Shown here one piece after another: positions 52,533-64,000 of a stretch of DNA of 64,000 nucleotides. Made by a program: the position numbers and the translations under genes. The stretch is from Octopus vulgaris (lineage: Eukaryota). Every line of letters starts with the position of its first letter. The stretch's first letter is position 1. The stretch is taken from assembly GCA_951406725.2 (NCBI GenBank), contig OX597820.1, forward strand, positions 71,362,001 through 71,426,000. Reading direction: 5' to 3'. The notes beneath the pieces were generated by a model, which did not search any database, was not told the origin of the DNA, and saw only the letters and a program-made list of their open reading frames with translations.

Positions 52533-52750
52533 TCATCATAATCGTCATCGTTTAACGTCCACTTTCCATGCTGGCATGGGTTGGATGGTTTGACTGAGGG
52601 CTGGCAAGCCAGAAGGCTGCACCAGGCTCCAATCTGATCTGACAAAGTTCCTACAGCTGGATGCCCTTCCTAATGCCAACCACTGTGAGAGTGTAGCAGG
52701 TGCTTTTTACATGCAACCAGCATGAGGGCCAGTCAGGCGGTACTGGCAAA
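52533..52750 (-). mobile_element. RTE-tail retroposon copy inside the U12 intron
   Basis: (CAT)n followed by cgtttaacgtccactttccatgctggcatggg. Confidence 0.85.
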
Positions 52751-53550
52751 ACTCCTCAATAATTTCTGAGATTGCCTTTAGCCTAAAAATTTATTGGAGA
52801 GGTATACTGACAATTGAGTGAACAATAGTACTTGATTATCTTATTGCTCTTGGAGAGATGAAGGACAACTATTTGAACTCAAAAGGTAGAAGATTAAAAC
52901 TTATTAATATGGTATTCCACTGGTGCTTTTCTCTTTCTGTTCTTGCGAAATTTAGTGGAAACTTAATAAAAGCAAAATATCATTAAATTTGAGAACCTAA
53001 ATATTTGATAGGTGCAAAATTAATTTAATTATTAATAGCTGAGATCTGACTAGTGTTTCGAAAGGATATTACTAAACTAGGTGCCTGACTTAATGGAAAA
53101 CAACAAGTATTACTTGTTGCATCTTTATGCAGATGAGTTGCACCTAATCACATGCTTGCCTACGTTTTAAAATGTTAATAATCTCCAGCTACTTTTTCTC
53201 AGCATCTTGTTAGAGTTGAGTGATTCCAGGTGAACTATCATATGCAATCAATCCATTCAATCCTAATTCTAAGTTGCCAAAAAGGTACTCATTGGGTCTA
53301 ATTTCATAAGCAAAACATAACTCACAATGATATGTCTCCATATATTTATTTATCCAATAACAGTTACCTTTCCTTATTTTCATTTCATGTCTATGATATT
53401 TTGCCTTATGAAATGAATTAGTAAAACAGGCTTTAAAGCACTATTTCCCAGAGAATGAATAAATAAATAAAAAATAAAATTCCATCTTTATTTTGTGATT
53501 TTGTTCAGTCTAATTTGTCATTTCATATAGTTGCAATTCTGAAAATTTTA

Positions 53551-53562
53551 TTTATCCTTAAT
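53551..53562 (+). promoter_or_regulatory. U12-type branch site TTTATCCTTAAT
   Basis: Matches the TCCTTAAY consensus. The presumed branch A (53561) is 11 nt from the inferred 3' splice site and no polypyrimidine tract follows. Confidence 0.85.
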
Positions 53563-53572
53563 GCATGTTTAT

Positions 53573-53679
53573 ACATATATACTCATGCCCTATTTATTTT
53601 AGTAGTAGAAAAGGATGCTACATTTCAACATCTGTTAAATTATGGAATCAGTGAACAATTTCCTCATATAATTATAACC
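53573..53679 (+). CDS. SPO11: SPO11 internal exon (107 nt, start of TOPRIM domain, VEKDATF motif); 5' boundary non-canonical
   Basis: Translation (N)IYTHALFILVVEKDATFQHLLNYGISEQFPHIIIT, donor ACC|GTAAGT. Conserved TOPRIM Glu codon at 53608-53610. The start is inferred from frame, gap-free homology at the junction and a U12 branch site. Confidence 0.92.
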
Positions 53680-54056
53680 GTAAGTATTTAAAAAAAACTG
53701 AATAACAAATTTTAACTGTGAAATCTCAATAAATCCTGTAGAACTGTAAGTTAAATCAACTAACAAGGCAAAGTTATACAAAGTATAAAATGAACTGAAT
53801 TCTTGATTAGTGTAGATTAGTAGTTTGTGAATTTAGGATTACAAAAATGAAAGCAAAAAATTATTCATCAAGGATAGGATAAGTGAAATTTTAAAGATGC
53901 TTTAATGAAGACAAGAATCCACACTGCATTAGCATGAAAAGTGGATAAAAAATGATGATAGTAGTGATGATGCTGATAATGATGATGATGACTTGTTTGT
54001 AGGGCATGGTCTGACTTGTCAAAATTAATCAGGTTGTTCAGTTGACAATATCTTAA

Positions 54057-54247
54057 CCCTTTTGATACCAACCCAGCTGAAACTGTCTCTGGCTCTATAG
54101 TACAAATGTCCTGTTCTTAAAAGTTGTCGCAGTTTATGTTCCTAGCACTAGCTTAATAACTAAGTTATTGTACTAAATTCTTTATTATATTTAAAATTAA
54201 TTGAAAAAAACACAGAGCATCTCAACAGAAATATGGTAATAAAAGGG
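54057..54247. mobile_element. piggyBac-type MITE (191 bp)
   Basis: TTAA|cccttttgatacca ... tggtaataaaaggg|TTAA. Confidence 0.75.
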
Positions 54248-54729
54248 TTAAAGAAGGCAATATGGTCCAGGTACATGAAAGGCAGAGTCTAAACTATGGA
54301 GAACTAAGGAAACCATTTGCGACTTGAGGATGGTAGTGTATGTTGCTTCCAGTAGAGGTATGGAAGATGCCATAGGCTTTTAGTTAATCCACTATGATTT
54401 AACTGGCTGGGATTGGACCTAAGAAGGACAGCAAACAGTAACTTATGGATGGACAGCTGATCTTTTTCAAAAACTGCTGCAATTGAAATATCTATATCTG
54501 TTCATCTGTTTGAAGTATACAACAATTTCATGACCAAGGATCAAAACCTTAAGTCCACTAATTGTGGACTTCAAATTCCTTTGTTTAACCTGTCAAATTT
54601 GACACCAGCTTTGGTTAAACAGAGGTAAATCTAGGTAAGTCCATTCAACTCTAATTTCAGTGACCTTGTTTGGTTTAACACAAGTATATATTCATGATAT
54701 CTGTAAAAGCAGCCAGTTATGTATGGATA

Positions 54730-54965
54730 CAGGCATGACTGTATGGTAAAAAAATTTGGTTATTAGACACATAGTTCTGGGTTCAGTCCCACTGTGTGGT
54801 ACCTTTCAGTTTTTGTCTACCAAATATGAGTGGGTTTGATGGACAGAAACTGAAAGAAGTCTATTGTGTGTATATGTGTATGTTTTTGTGTACGAGTTTG
54901 TTTCCCACACCTCACTGCTTGACAACCAGTACTGGTGTGTTTATGTCCCAGTAGTTTAGCACTTC
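54730..54965 (+). mobile_element. SINE family A, partial
   Basis: GGTTCAGTCCC B box and the family core sequence. Confidence 0.7.
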
Positions 54966-55770
54966 TGGATGGAGAGAGAGCCTCAATGGGCAGAGGTTGT
55001 GGTAGATATGTGAGGGCATTGAGGATGATAGCAGAATAGTGAGGTGTCAATGACAGAGAACAGCATAAAGGAGAGAAGGCACAGAAAGAAGGTGATTGGT
55101 GGAGAAAATAATGAGAAATGGAAATGGTTTGGGATGGGAAAGAGAGGTAACTGAAAAAGTTGGGTGATGTAGTACGTGTCTATTCTGCTCTCAGTTGATA
55201 GGGAAGTGATGGTGTTAGGAGTTGAAATGTAGTGGAGAAATGGTTGATGAGGCAGAGACAATGATGGCAGGAGTGGGACAGAGCCCCTCATAGACACACA
55301 TTACCAAGGTGGTTTTAGGATATATTAATTCTGCTGTGGTGGCTGAGTCTATTCCTGTTTATATACCTATAGTAGTCTTGTCTTGGACATCTTTTGCGCC
55401 TAATGTCTCTTGGTCTGCCCATAGCTAATTTCTCATACAAAGAACAGACAGAAAGAAAGCGTGACAGTAAGAGAGGAATAGACCCTAATACGCGACGAGT
55501 ACTTTATCAACACAAACATAAAGATTACTACAAAGCAATCTACCAGACTTCTAGACTGAAGCATAAATGATAGTTATAAGTTACAAGAGGACCGAGTGAA
55601 AAGGGTACTCAGTATTTTCACATATGTATGTACAAAATGCTTATATGTGGCCTAAAGGATAGAGCAAAGATGGAAAGCAGTGTGATCTGGGAGAAAGTAA
55701 TGACAGAGGAAGAGTTGGAATGTGTGTGTAAAGAAGCAAGGGTATATAAATATATATATATATATATATA

Positions 55771-57140
55771 TCATCATCATCATCATTTAATGTCCGTTGT
55801 CCATGCTGGCATGGGTTGGATGGTTTGAACAGAGCTGGGGAGCTGCACCAAGTTCCAGTCTGATTTGGCATGGTTTCTACGACTAGATGCTCTTCCTATT
55901 GCCAACCACTTTACAGATTGTGCTGGGTGTTTTCACATGGCACTGCATTAGCACTTTTATGTGACACTGGCATGTGTGGATTTTAAGGGGCTCCGGCACA
56001 GGACTCTTGCAAACCAATGCTCTTCACCAGGGAGAGCAGCCTTAACACTTCTGCTGTGGAGTATGGGTATTCTTGAGTATAGCAAGGTGCCAAGTATCTC
56101 AATCCTTTGTCATCTTGTCTGAAAGGTTCAACATCCCAAGGTCATTCTTCAGTACTTTTTTCCATGTCTTCCTGTGTCTCCTTCTTCCATGGGTTTCATC
56201 TACTTCAAAAGATCAGCACTTCTTTATGAAGCTGTCGGCATCCATCCACATCACATGGCCAAACCATCACAGTCTTCTATCTTGCACACTGCATCTAATT
56301 CCTCTTATGTCTAATTTCTCTCCCAATGTAAACTTGCATGACACATCCAGTGGAGCACACTAGCCTCATTTCTCTCTAATCTTTGCATGTCCTCTGCATT
56401 CAAGGCCTACATCTTGCTACCATGCAGAATTGCTGTCAGTATACATGTATCATACAATCTTTCTTTCATTCAGAGAGAGAAAGCTTTCATAGCCAACAAA
56501 GGTAAAAACTCTCTGAATTTCCTCCATCTTATTCTCACTATCACACCCTCTGTGCACCCTCCCCCACTACTAATTTGGTCCCCTGGGTAGCAGAAATTAT
56601 CTACTACCTTTAATGGGCCACGAAGGCATTTGAGAGAATGAATTTCCCAAGTCTCTAAAGTTTTTATGGATCATGTGCACCTTCCACATGCAAACACTAC
56701 TTTCGCTGATAACCTAATTATTCCACCGCTCCTCTCATGTGTCCATAGCTTACACTGGGTCCCTCTGTTGTGGTCACACGAGGGAGACTCCTTTCATCCC
56801 ATTCATTCTCCACATTCAACGTTCTTGTATAGTAACTTTTCCACTCCTCTTTCTTGTTCACATCACTAAGTGCAAGCAAAACATAATCCATCCACATATA
56901 CTTCTCTTCCACAATATCTTGATTCTCAATGATCTTCATACTGTAGGACATTGGTAAATGTCTTCTTTCCTCCGTTTGCCCTTGCTATATAAACCTGACA
57001 TCTCGCCTCCTTTTTAGCTTCCTGATATAATTCTTTGCTACCCTTTCTTAGCCATCCTTTCCAGATTGTCTCTTCTCTTTTATGGCTCTGTCAGTGTTAC
57101 TCTTCCACCACAATGTCACCCTTGGTCTGGCAGAGGCTTA
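55771..57140 (-). mobile_element. RTE-clade LINE fragment, internally deleted, with 3'UTR
   Basis: KKEEWKSYYTRTLNVENEWD and RRL*WFGHV-type segments. (CAT)n tail at about 55771-55786. Confidence 0.85.
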
Positions 57141-57170
57141 GCTCCAACCATATATATATATATATACACA

Positions 57171-57763
57171 CTAGCTGAATAGCTTGTTGTTGCTGGGCAA
57201 TTTTTACAATATGATGTCTTATATAAATTTTTGCTTATTCCATGTCAGATCATGCCTTCCTCGGTAGATAGGCTTCTTGATCAGGACAGATTTGTGCAAT
57301 TTTTCACATGACTTTATTCATTAAAACTTATTAAAACTTCAGAAGTTCTTACAATGTGGATCATCATAATGCTTTGCTTTCATTTGTTTAATAAAAATTC
57401 CTCCTTGTAATGATTTTGTTTTCATTTTGTGATAGACAGCTATCATGTGGAAAATGCCAGCTTCCAAATCCTGTTTACTGATTTGGAAAAATTGATAAAA
57501 CTTTAAACCTCAGTAACATTTTCCTGCAATTTTTCTGGAACAAATAAATAACGAAATCAGATTTGACATGGAAAATTATTTCTATATAGCAAATTTGAAA
57601 ATTTTGACAAAATTTTAAAATTTCATATGTGACAGCAACAGGGAAGACCCTACAAAAGTAGTGATAGACAGTTACAGGACGTGAAACACACACACACACA
57701 CACAAACAAACATTTACAAATGTACACACAGGTAATCACGAGTTTAAAATAGTGTATAGTAGA
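57171..57763 (-). mobile_element. Non-autonomous Helitron-like element
   Basis: Minus strand starts TCTACTATA and ends with a decayed GC hairpin followed by CTAG|T. Internal (CA)n. Confidence 0.55.
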
Positions 57764-58599
57764 CATATGTATGTACATATGTATGTATATATATGTACAT
57801 GTGTGTCTGTGTGTGAGTGTTTCTTTGCAATGGACAGCAGAAAAGCCACCTTCTCCTTCTCTCCTTAAAGCTACGTATTCCTCACACCCACCTTTCCCTT
57901 CCTCAGCATGTTAAAAGTTATTTATGTGCATGTGTGCGTGTGTGTGCATGTGTGTGTATGCATGTATCTATGTATTTACAGAAGTATGTGTGCAGTAAAA
58001 GTGTATGACAGCTGTATTAATGTTATCATCCCATTGTTACTCCATTTTTGTTGCTTACACAATTCTGTTCTCCCCTTCCCAGTCACACTCACTCTGCTAC
58101 TACATTTCTCTCACACCAACACTCTTTGCAGCTTTCTCATTTTATCATATAATAGCCCCACCCCTCCCAAGGAGCCCATTATAGATTTTTATTCAAATCT
58201 AACTAGTCTGTAATTGAACTGGATATTAGTTTAACATGTATGCAAAGTTTTGTCTAGATTGGTTCACTGGTGTAGGCATCAAGATGTTAACAAACAAAAA
58301 TTGCCATTTATGTATAAGATATATATATATATATATTATGTATGTATACACGCTGCATAATGGCTGACATTAGAAAAGGCATTGAGTTATAGAAACCAAG
58401 TCAAAATTGGAAGTTATGAATGAAGTCTGGACCTACTGTCATATATGTATGTATACATGCATGCAAACTCTGATTAAAAACAGACTTAGATGTTGACCTG
58501 TCAAACCCATATCGCCATTGAAAGCAGATGTTAGATAGTGATGATTATGATGATACATGTGTCTCCTCCTCTCTTTTTCTCCTCTCTCTCTCTCTCTCC

Positions 58600-58742
58600 C
58601 TCTCTGTATGGGCATCCAAATGTAGAAGCCATACCAAAAGAGACAATGGAGCCTGGTGCAGCACCTGGTCTTGCTAGCTCCTGTCAAACTATCCAACCCA
58701 TACCAGCATGGAAATTAACTTCAAATGATGACAACGAGGATG

Positions 58743-58779
<37 letters not shown>
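58600..58779 (+). mobile_element. RTE 3'-tail copy followed by (CA)n
   Basis: ggcatcc...tgtagaagccatacc...ccaacccataccagcatggaa. Confidence 0.7.
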
Positions 58780-58780
<1 letters not shown>

Positions 58781-60666
58781 TATAGAATATTACCTGACGA
58801 AGTCATCCAAATGATGCCAGCATTAAAAAATGTACTTAAAAAATTGATGAAGCTGATGAGTTATGATGTGTGTATATGTGCCTTCTTCTGTATTACGATT
58901 TTAACTTAAACTTAGACATGGAGGAAAGTACAGGTGATTATATTAACCCTGATACTTGATTAGTATTTATTTTATCGACCTGAGAAGATTAGAAGGCAAA
59001 GTCACTCTCAGTAGAATTTAAACTCAGAGAGCAGAGCTTCCATTTCTATCAGTCCACTGTCTTACTGTCTTTGTGTACATATATATTAATATATGCATAT
59101 ACATTATTATACATAAGTGTGTATGAATGTATATATCTATAGATATAGGTACATTTATGCAATACATATGTGATCATGAAGTATAATATTGTTTATGAGA
59201 CGTTTTAATTTGCCACCTTACGTACCTGATTTCAATTTTTAATGATGTCAATTTTGTTTCCTTTTTATTTATGTTAATTTTTTGTGAGAGAATTTGCATT
59301 ATCTAAAACGAATATTATGATGCACTGGAGATCTGAGATTCTGATATTTTTATAGTTTATTGATTTCAATGTTTTCTTTAAACTAAAAAAAATGACATTA
59401 GGATATCGTGGATGCAAGTGATTCAACATTTAGGTTAAACTTTCTTTGATATGAAAATAATTTTTAATCTATTGAATTAATTTTCATCATACTAATATAT
59501 CTAGACCATGTAAAGAGTTGTGGACCTCAGTAGCTTGTTTTGTTAATTTATTATGCTGTTTCATTATTTTTCTCTATGTGTGTATTTCATTGTGAAGGTT
59601 AGTAGGAATTCTTGTCTTCCACAGTCTCATTCTGCTTGATATATTACAAATTTTCTACCTCTATTTCTACTTTTTCTGTTGCCAAGCAACTCAAGAAAAC
59701 TATTGGAAAATTGGTCTTGTGTCTGCTGTGGCTAAATCTGGACTACCATAAAAATGCCATTTTTTAAAAATTTCTGTATATTTTTTTCATTTCTTTCTTA
59801 TGATTTTTAAACATTATAATAATTTTTGTTTAGCTTTGTAACAAAACTTGCTTTGTTCTCTGTAATATTTTCTCTCATTCTTGTTAGATTTCTACTTGTT
59901 TTGGAATTTGTGTAGAACTCCAGTTTGCTTCTCTTACTCATTCTTTTTCTATTCTTCTTTTGATGCTACGTTTTTGGTCTCCTTGATAATTGAAAGGTAG
60001 GAAAGTCAGAAAGACAAACATTTGTGTTTTATATATTGAAACAAACATATTACACTAAATTTTATATATGTTTTGTAAACACAGGGGAAAAGTTAATTAA
60101 AATCATGAAATAGAAGTGAAATTTTAGAGTATCAAATTTTATCAAACTACAACATGAATTGATATCTCAGGAAATTATAATATAATGATGAAAAAGAATT
60201 TAAAAGTATTCAAAAAGTCCATTTATAATTGAAATAGTTTCTCATTGAAAAATATAGTAAATTACTTTTAAATTACTACAGCAAAACATATTTTTATCAA
60301 AAAAGCAGGCCAGCATATGTATAGATATAAACATGCACATGCACACACACACACACACATGCAAACACACTCTCTCTCCCTCACTCTCTCATGTAATAAT
60401 TTCTTTCATGATGGTGGCATGATTAAACTTAACCAATGTACTCTGTAAGATATACGTAAAACTTAAGTTGGTTGGTTTTCTGTGTTGCTGTGTGAGCAAG
60501 TGACAACTCATCCAACCCAAGTCAGCATTGAATGATAAATATAAAATGAAGATGATCAAATGATGGTGCATGTGTGTGTATGTATATACATACATGAACT
60601 TGATACATACATATGTATATGTGTGTGTGTGTATATGCGTGTGTGTATGTGTGTGTATGTATGCAT

Positions 60667-61072
60667 ATTCTTTTATTCTCTTACTTCTCTCAGTCATTTG
60701 ACTGTGGCTATGCTGGAGCACTGCCTTTAGTCGAGCAAATCGACCCCAGGACTTATTCTTTGTAAGCCTAGTACTTATTCTATTGGTCTCTTTTGCCGAA
60801 CCTCTAAGTTACAGGGACATAAACACATCAGCATCGGTTGTCAAACGATGTTAGGGGGATAAACACAGACACACAAACATGCACACACACACACACATAT
60901 ATATATATCTATATACGATGGGCTTCTTTCAGTTTCCATCTACCAAATCCACTCACAAGACTCTGGTCAGCCCAAGGCTATAGTAGAAGGCACTTGCCTA
61001 GGGTTCCATGCAGTAGGACTGAACCCAGGACCATGTGGTTGGTAAGCAAGCTACTTACTACACAGCCACTCC
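60667..61072 (-). mobile_element. SINE family A, full-length copy
   Basis: A/B boxes on the minus strand. Closely similar to 40922-41320. Confidence 0.9.
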
Positions 61073-61761
61073 TATAAATGCAGAAATTATTTAATTTCTT
61101 TTAGTTTCAGTTTATTTTAGCCATCAAAGACAAGGCCATATCAAAAGGTTTCTGCACTGACTTTTTTTTTTAATGTTATCTCCGTATTCTATGATCCACA
61201 GGTTACTTGTTTTTATGTTTGAGTATTGCAAATGGTTGGATCAAGTTGTAAGAGGTTTTTCTCCACCTTAGCTATCACCTTTCCCAGATGGTTTATTTGG
61301 AATAGTAGACAGCGATTAATTTTGAGATCGTTTATCAGTTTCAAGTAGAGTGAAATTTTGCAAGATTTTTAACCCTTTTAGTATTCAGTTATAAAGTTAT
61401 AGGCTTTCAAATACTTATCTTATGTTGTATATATTCCTGCTCCCATTCTGATTTTTGTTATTTGCTATATTTCAATTTTTTGAGCCAGAATTTCAAAAAT
61501 TATCCATACATTCTCTGGAAGAATCAGAATAACATAGAATGTGACCAAGCTGGACCTTTAACTTATATGTAAAATCCATTTGATTGATTTACTTACAGTT
61601 TCTTCTCACCTAATTTCATTCACAATGCTTGGATTGACCTGAAGTTATGGTAAAATAATCTTGCTCAAGATACCATGAAGAAGTATGGAATTCAGGTCCT
61701 TGTGGTTGAGAAGCAAATTTTTTAAACATTTGTTCAAGTTGCTTCCAAATATATAATTTAG

Positions 61762-62195
61762 ACAGCTGCATGAAGAAATGCTGATCTCTAATTGTGGAGG
61801 GAACCTCTGGAAGGGGTAGGCTCAGGAAGATGTGAGACAAGGTGGTAAAATATCACCTTCAGTTACTGAGCCCTACAGAGATGTTAACAAGTGATTGAGA
61901 CTTCTGATGATTTACTGTGCTTGAGAAGACACATCAAACTAAGTGACTTATGGTTGTGGCAAGTAAAAGGCACCTATGCTGATAACTGATAAAGGTACCC
62001 GTGACGTTGACATGTAAAAGGCACCTAGAACACTCTGTAAAGTGGTTGGCATTAGGAAGGGCATCCAGCCATAGAAACCAAGCCAAAACAGACAACAGGG
62101 GTCTGGTGCAGCTCTCCAATGCACCAGTTCCAGTCAAACCATGTTACCCATGCGAGTATGGAAAACAGATGTTAAATGATGATAATGTTGATGAC
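61762..62195 (+). mobile_element. RTE LINE 3' end (ORF tail plus 3'UTR)
   Basis: Reverse-complement homolog of 56030-56240 and 55771-55950. Decayed (ATG)n tail. Confidence 0.78.
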
Positions 62196-64000
62196 GAAAA
62201 TGTAAATTAATAGTTCTGTGCTGAAAGAAAGGGAGGGAAGTAGAAATGTCTTTGATGTTTTAAAGTTTGAGCTTTTCTTCAGAAAGTTAGACAGAAAGAA
62301 TGGGTTGTGGGGTACAATTACAATGATTATGTACATTTTGTGTTACTTCATATGCACATATGTGTGCATTTGCATACACACAATAGTAAATCTTTTACCA
62401 ACATTCCAGAAAGTAGAAACATTCTCAGCAATAGAGGTGGTTTCTGACTTAGATTATTTCCTCTGTAAAAGATATTTGCTATTGTTCCAGTTAACATGTA
62501 AAGCTTAAGCTATTAGGAGACCAACAGTCTTAACCTATTTAGGGCAAGTGATGATTTACAGAGGATTAACATTGCTGTTGGTTTCTCTGTCTGCAAATAG
62601 TCAACAGTGTGCCAATGCATATGCTGTCATGTTCTGCATCCAATTATTTGGTTGTGTGAAAAATATTTCATGGGGTTATTTTTTCACTAATATAGAGGGT
62701 AGGGAATTTCATAGCATTATTATTTTTCTAGGTTTATATTATATTTAGGTCTCATTAGCATTTGTTGATATATCCTCGTTTGGCTTGATGTCAAACATTG
62801 CTTTCATGTCATCTTTGCAGCTACTAAGAATAAGTTAACTATACAATTTTATTTGTATCTAACAATGATGAGGAATAAATTAATCTCTGAAAGAATAATG
62901 CTTTATAACCCCACTTACAGCAGCATACTTACAGCACCACTTTTGATCACCTCTAATTTTGTCTTTGTGTATGAGGTTCTGTGATTTCCCTAAAGACCAA
63001 TCTTTCTGTTTTGCTAACCTCTTTTAGTTTGTGATGTATGAATGCCACAACTAACTTAGTGAAAGGCTTTGATGAATTCAAAGTGTGTGTAGCAAGTACA
63101 CATGATTTTCTAGATAGCTTGAAAGCCATCTGTATATATTTTTGGAAGGTGTAATTTAAGTGATACAGAATATTCTTTCAGTAAGGGTGATTCATCTTAG
63201 CATTGAATTGGTCTGATATTTTTAATTTCAAACCTAGAGGTTTATAAACTGTGAAACTTGCTGGAATGACTTCATTTATTTCTCTGTTTGTGAAGAGAAT
63301 AATAGATATGTTTAGACTTTAAAAATTATAGTCTATTTGCTGAAGAATGAAAAGGCTGTGTTACAATACACCCATAAACATGTGTGTAATGAGAAAGAGT
63401 GTAACTTCCTAAGTTATCATTCTTTAGATAATTATTTTCAGCCCTTACATTTTGTTTGGAACACTGAATATGAGAACCTTGTTTATGTTTCTGTGTACAC
63501 AATCAAGAAATAGTTCAGCTTTGGTGTTGTGTATTAGTTTGTAATTAGGATGCACTTATTGACCCTACACGTAAAACACACTAAACCTAGATGTATATAA
63601 ATATGTACTTGTCTTCCATGCATTTTACATATATTTTTGTGTTTAAACACTTGTTCTAAGAAATGTTCAAATTTTAAAAAAACACCCATGCTAGCATGGA
63701 AAGCGTACGTTAAACGATAATAATGATGATGATGAAGCTTGAACTCCCATGCCGGCATGAGCTGGAAAATAGTTGAAGATCCACAAAAGAAACATGTAAG
63801 ATTTTTGTTTGATTTAAAGAGTGGTTCAATATTTAATTTTAATAGATCTTTCGTTTGTTGTACTAAAGCTTTTGTTAGAAGGATATATTTTGGATGAATT
63901 TTTATTCATAAATTCTATTTTATTAACTATTCATCATATTTTACAATTTCAAATGTTTATTTGTTTTTCATCTAAAACACTATCAATTGTTTCATATTAG

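Noticed and set aside
63940-64000. T-rich tract ending in TTAG at the window edge, a possible acceptor for the next SPO11 exon (expected GKGxPD)
   Set aside because: The downstream sequence is outside the window, so it cannot be verified.

Overview
AT-rich, repeat-dense animal genomic DNA, not prokaryotic. The SINE, RTE-LINE and microsatellite make-up suggests an octopus or other coleoid cephalopod (inference). Almost every ORF in the supplied track is spurious or a transposon relic. The window is the interior of one + strand host gene, SPO11 (meiotic DNA double-strand-break transesterase). Five phase-compatible exons (6191-6257, 14442-14550, 43950-44036, 52124-52160, 53573-53679; 407 nt in total) splice into ...LLLKLLAIIYQLVQTDAYRTKRDIYYQNVNCFKTQSVLDTLLNNISHLLEVPRWDLHVLSTSKGCIAGDLQFHDANGNFICCKNTKSGIMLPSNVMEINNIYTHALFILVVEKDATFQHLLNYGISEQFPHIIIT... 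The start and end of the gene were not found in the window. Main highlights: (1) a minor-spliceosome (U12-type) intron whose best-fitting termini are non-canonical GT-AT; (2) an apparently intact type I hammerhead ribozyme on the SPO11 sense strand, inside a 333-bp terminally redundant retrozyme/Penelope-like unit about 300 nt upstream of an exon; (3) repair-type scars, namely a perfect 36-bp palindrome and exact templated inverted copies; (4) large fold-back elements. The introns also hold RTE, CR1/L2-like, R4-like and Penelope-like retroelement relics, a compact two-LTR Gypsy derivative, mariner copies, hAT/piggyBac/Tc1 MITEs, a Helitron-like element, tRNA-derived SINEs and many microsatellites. 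Transposon boundaries are approximate unless termini or target-site duplications are quoted.
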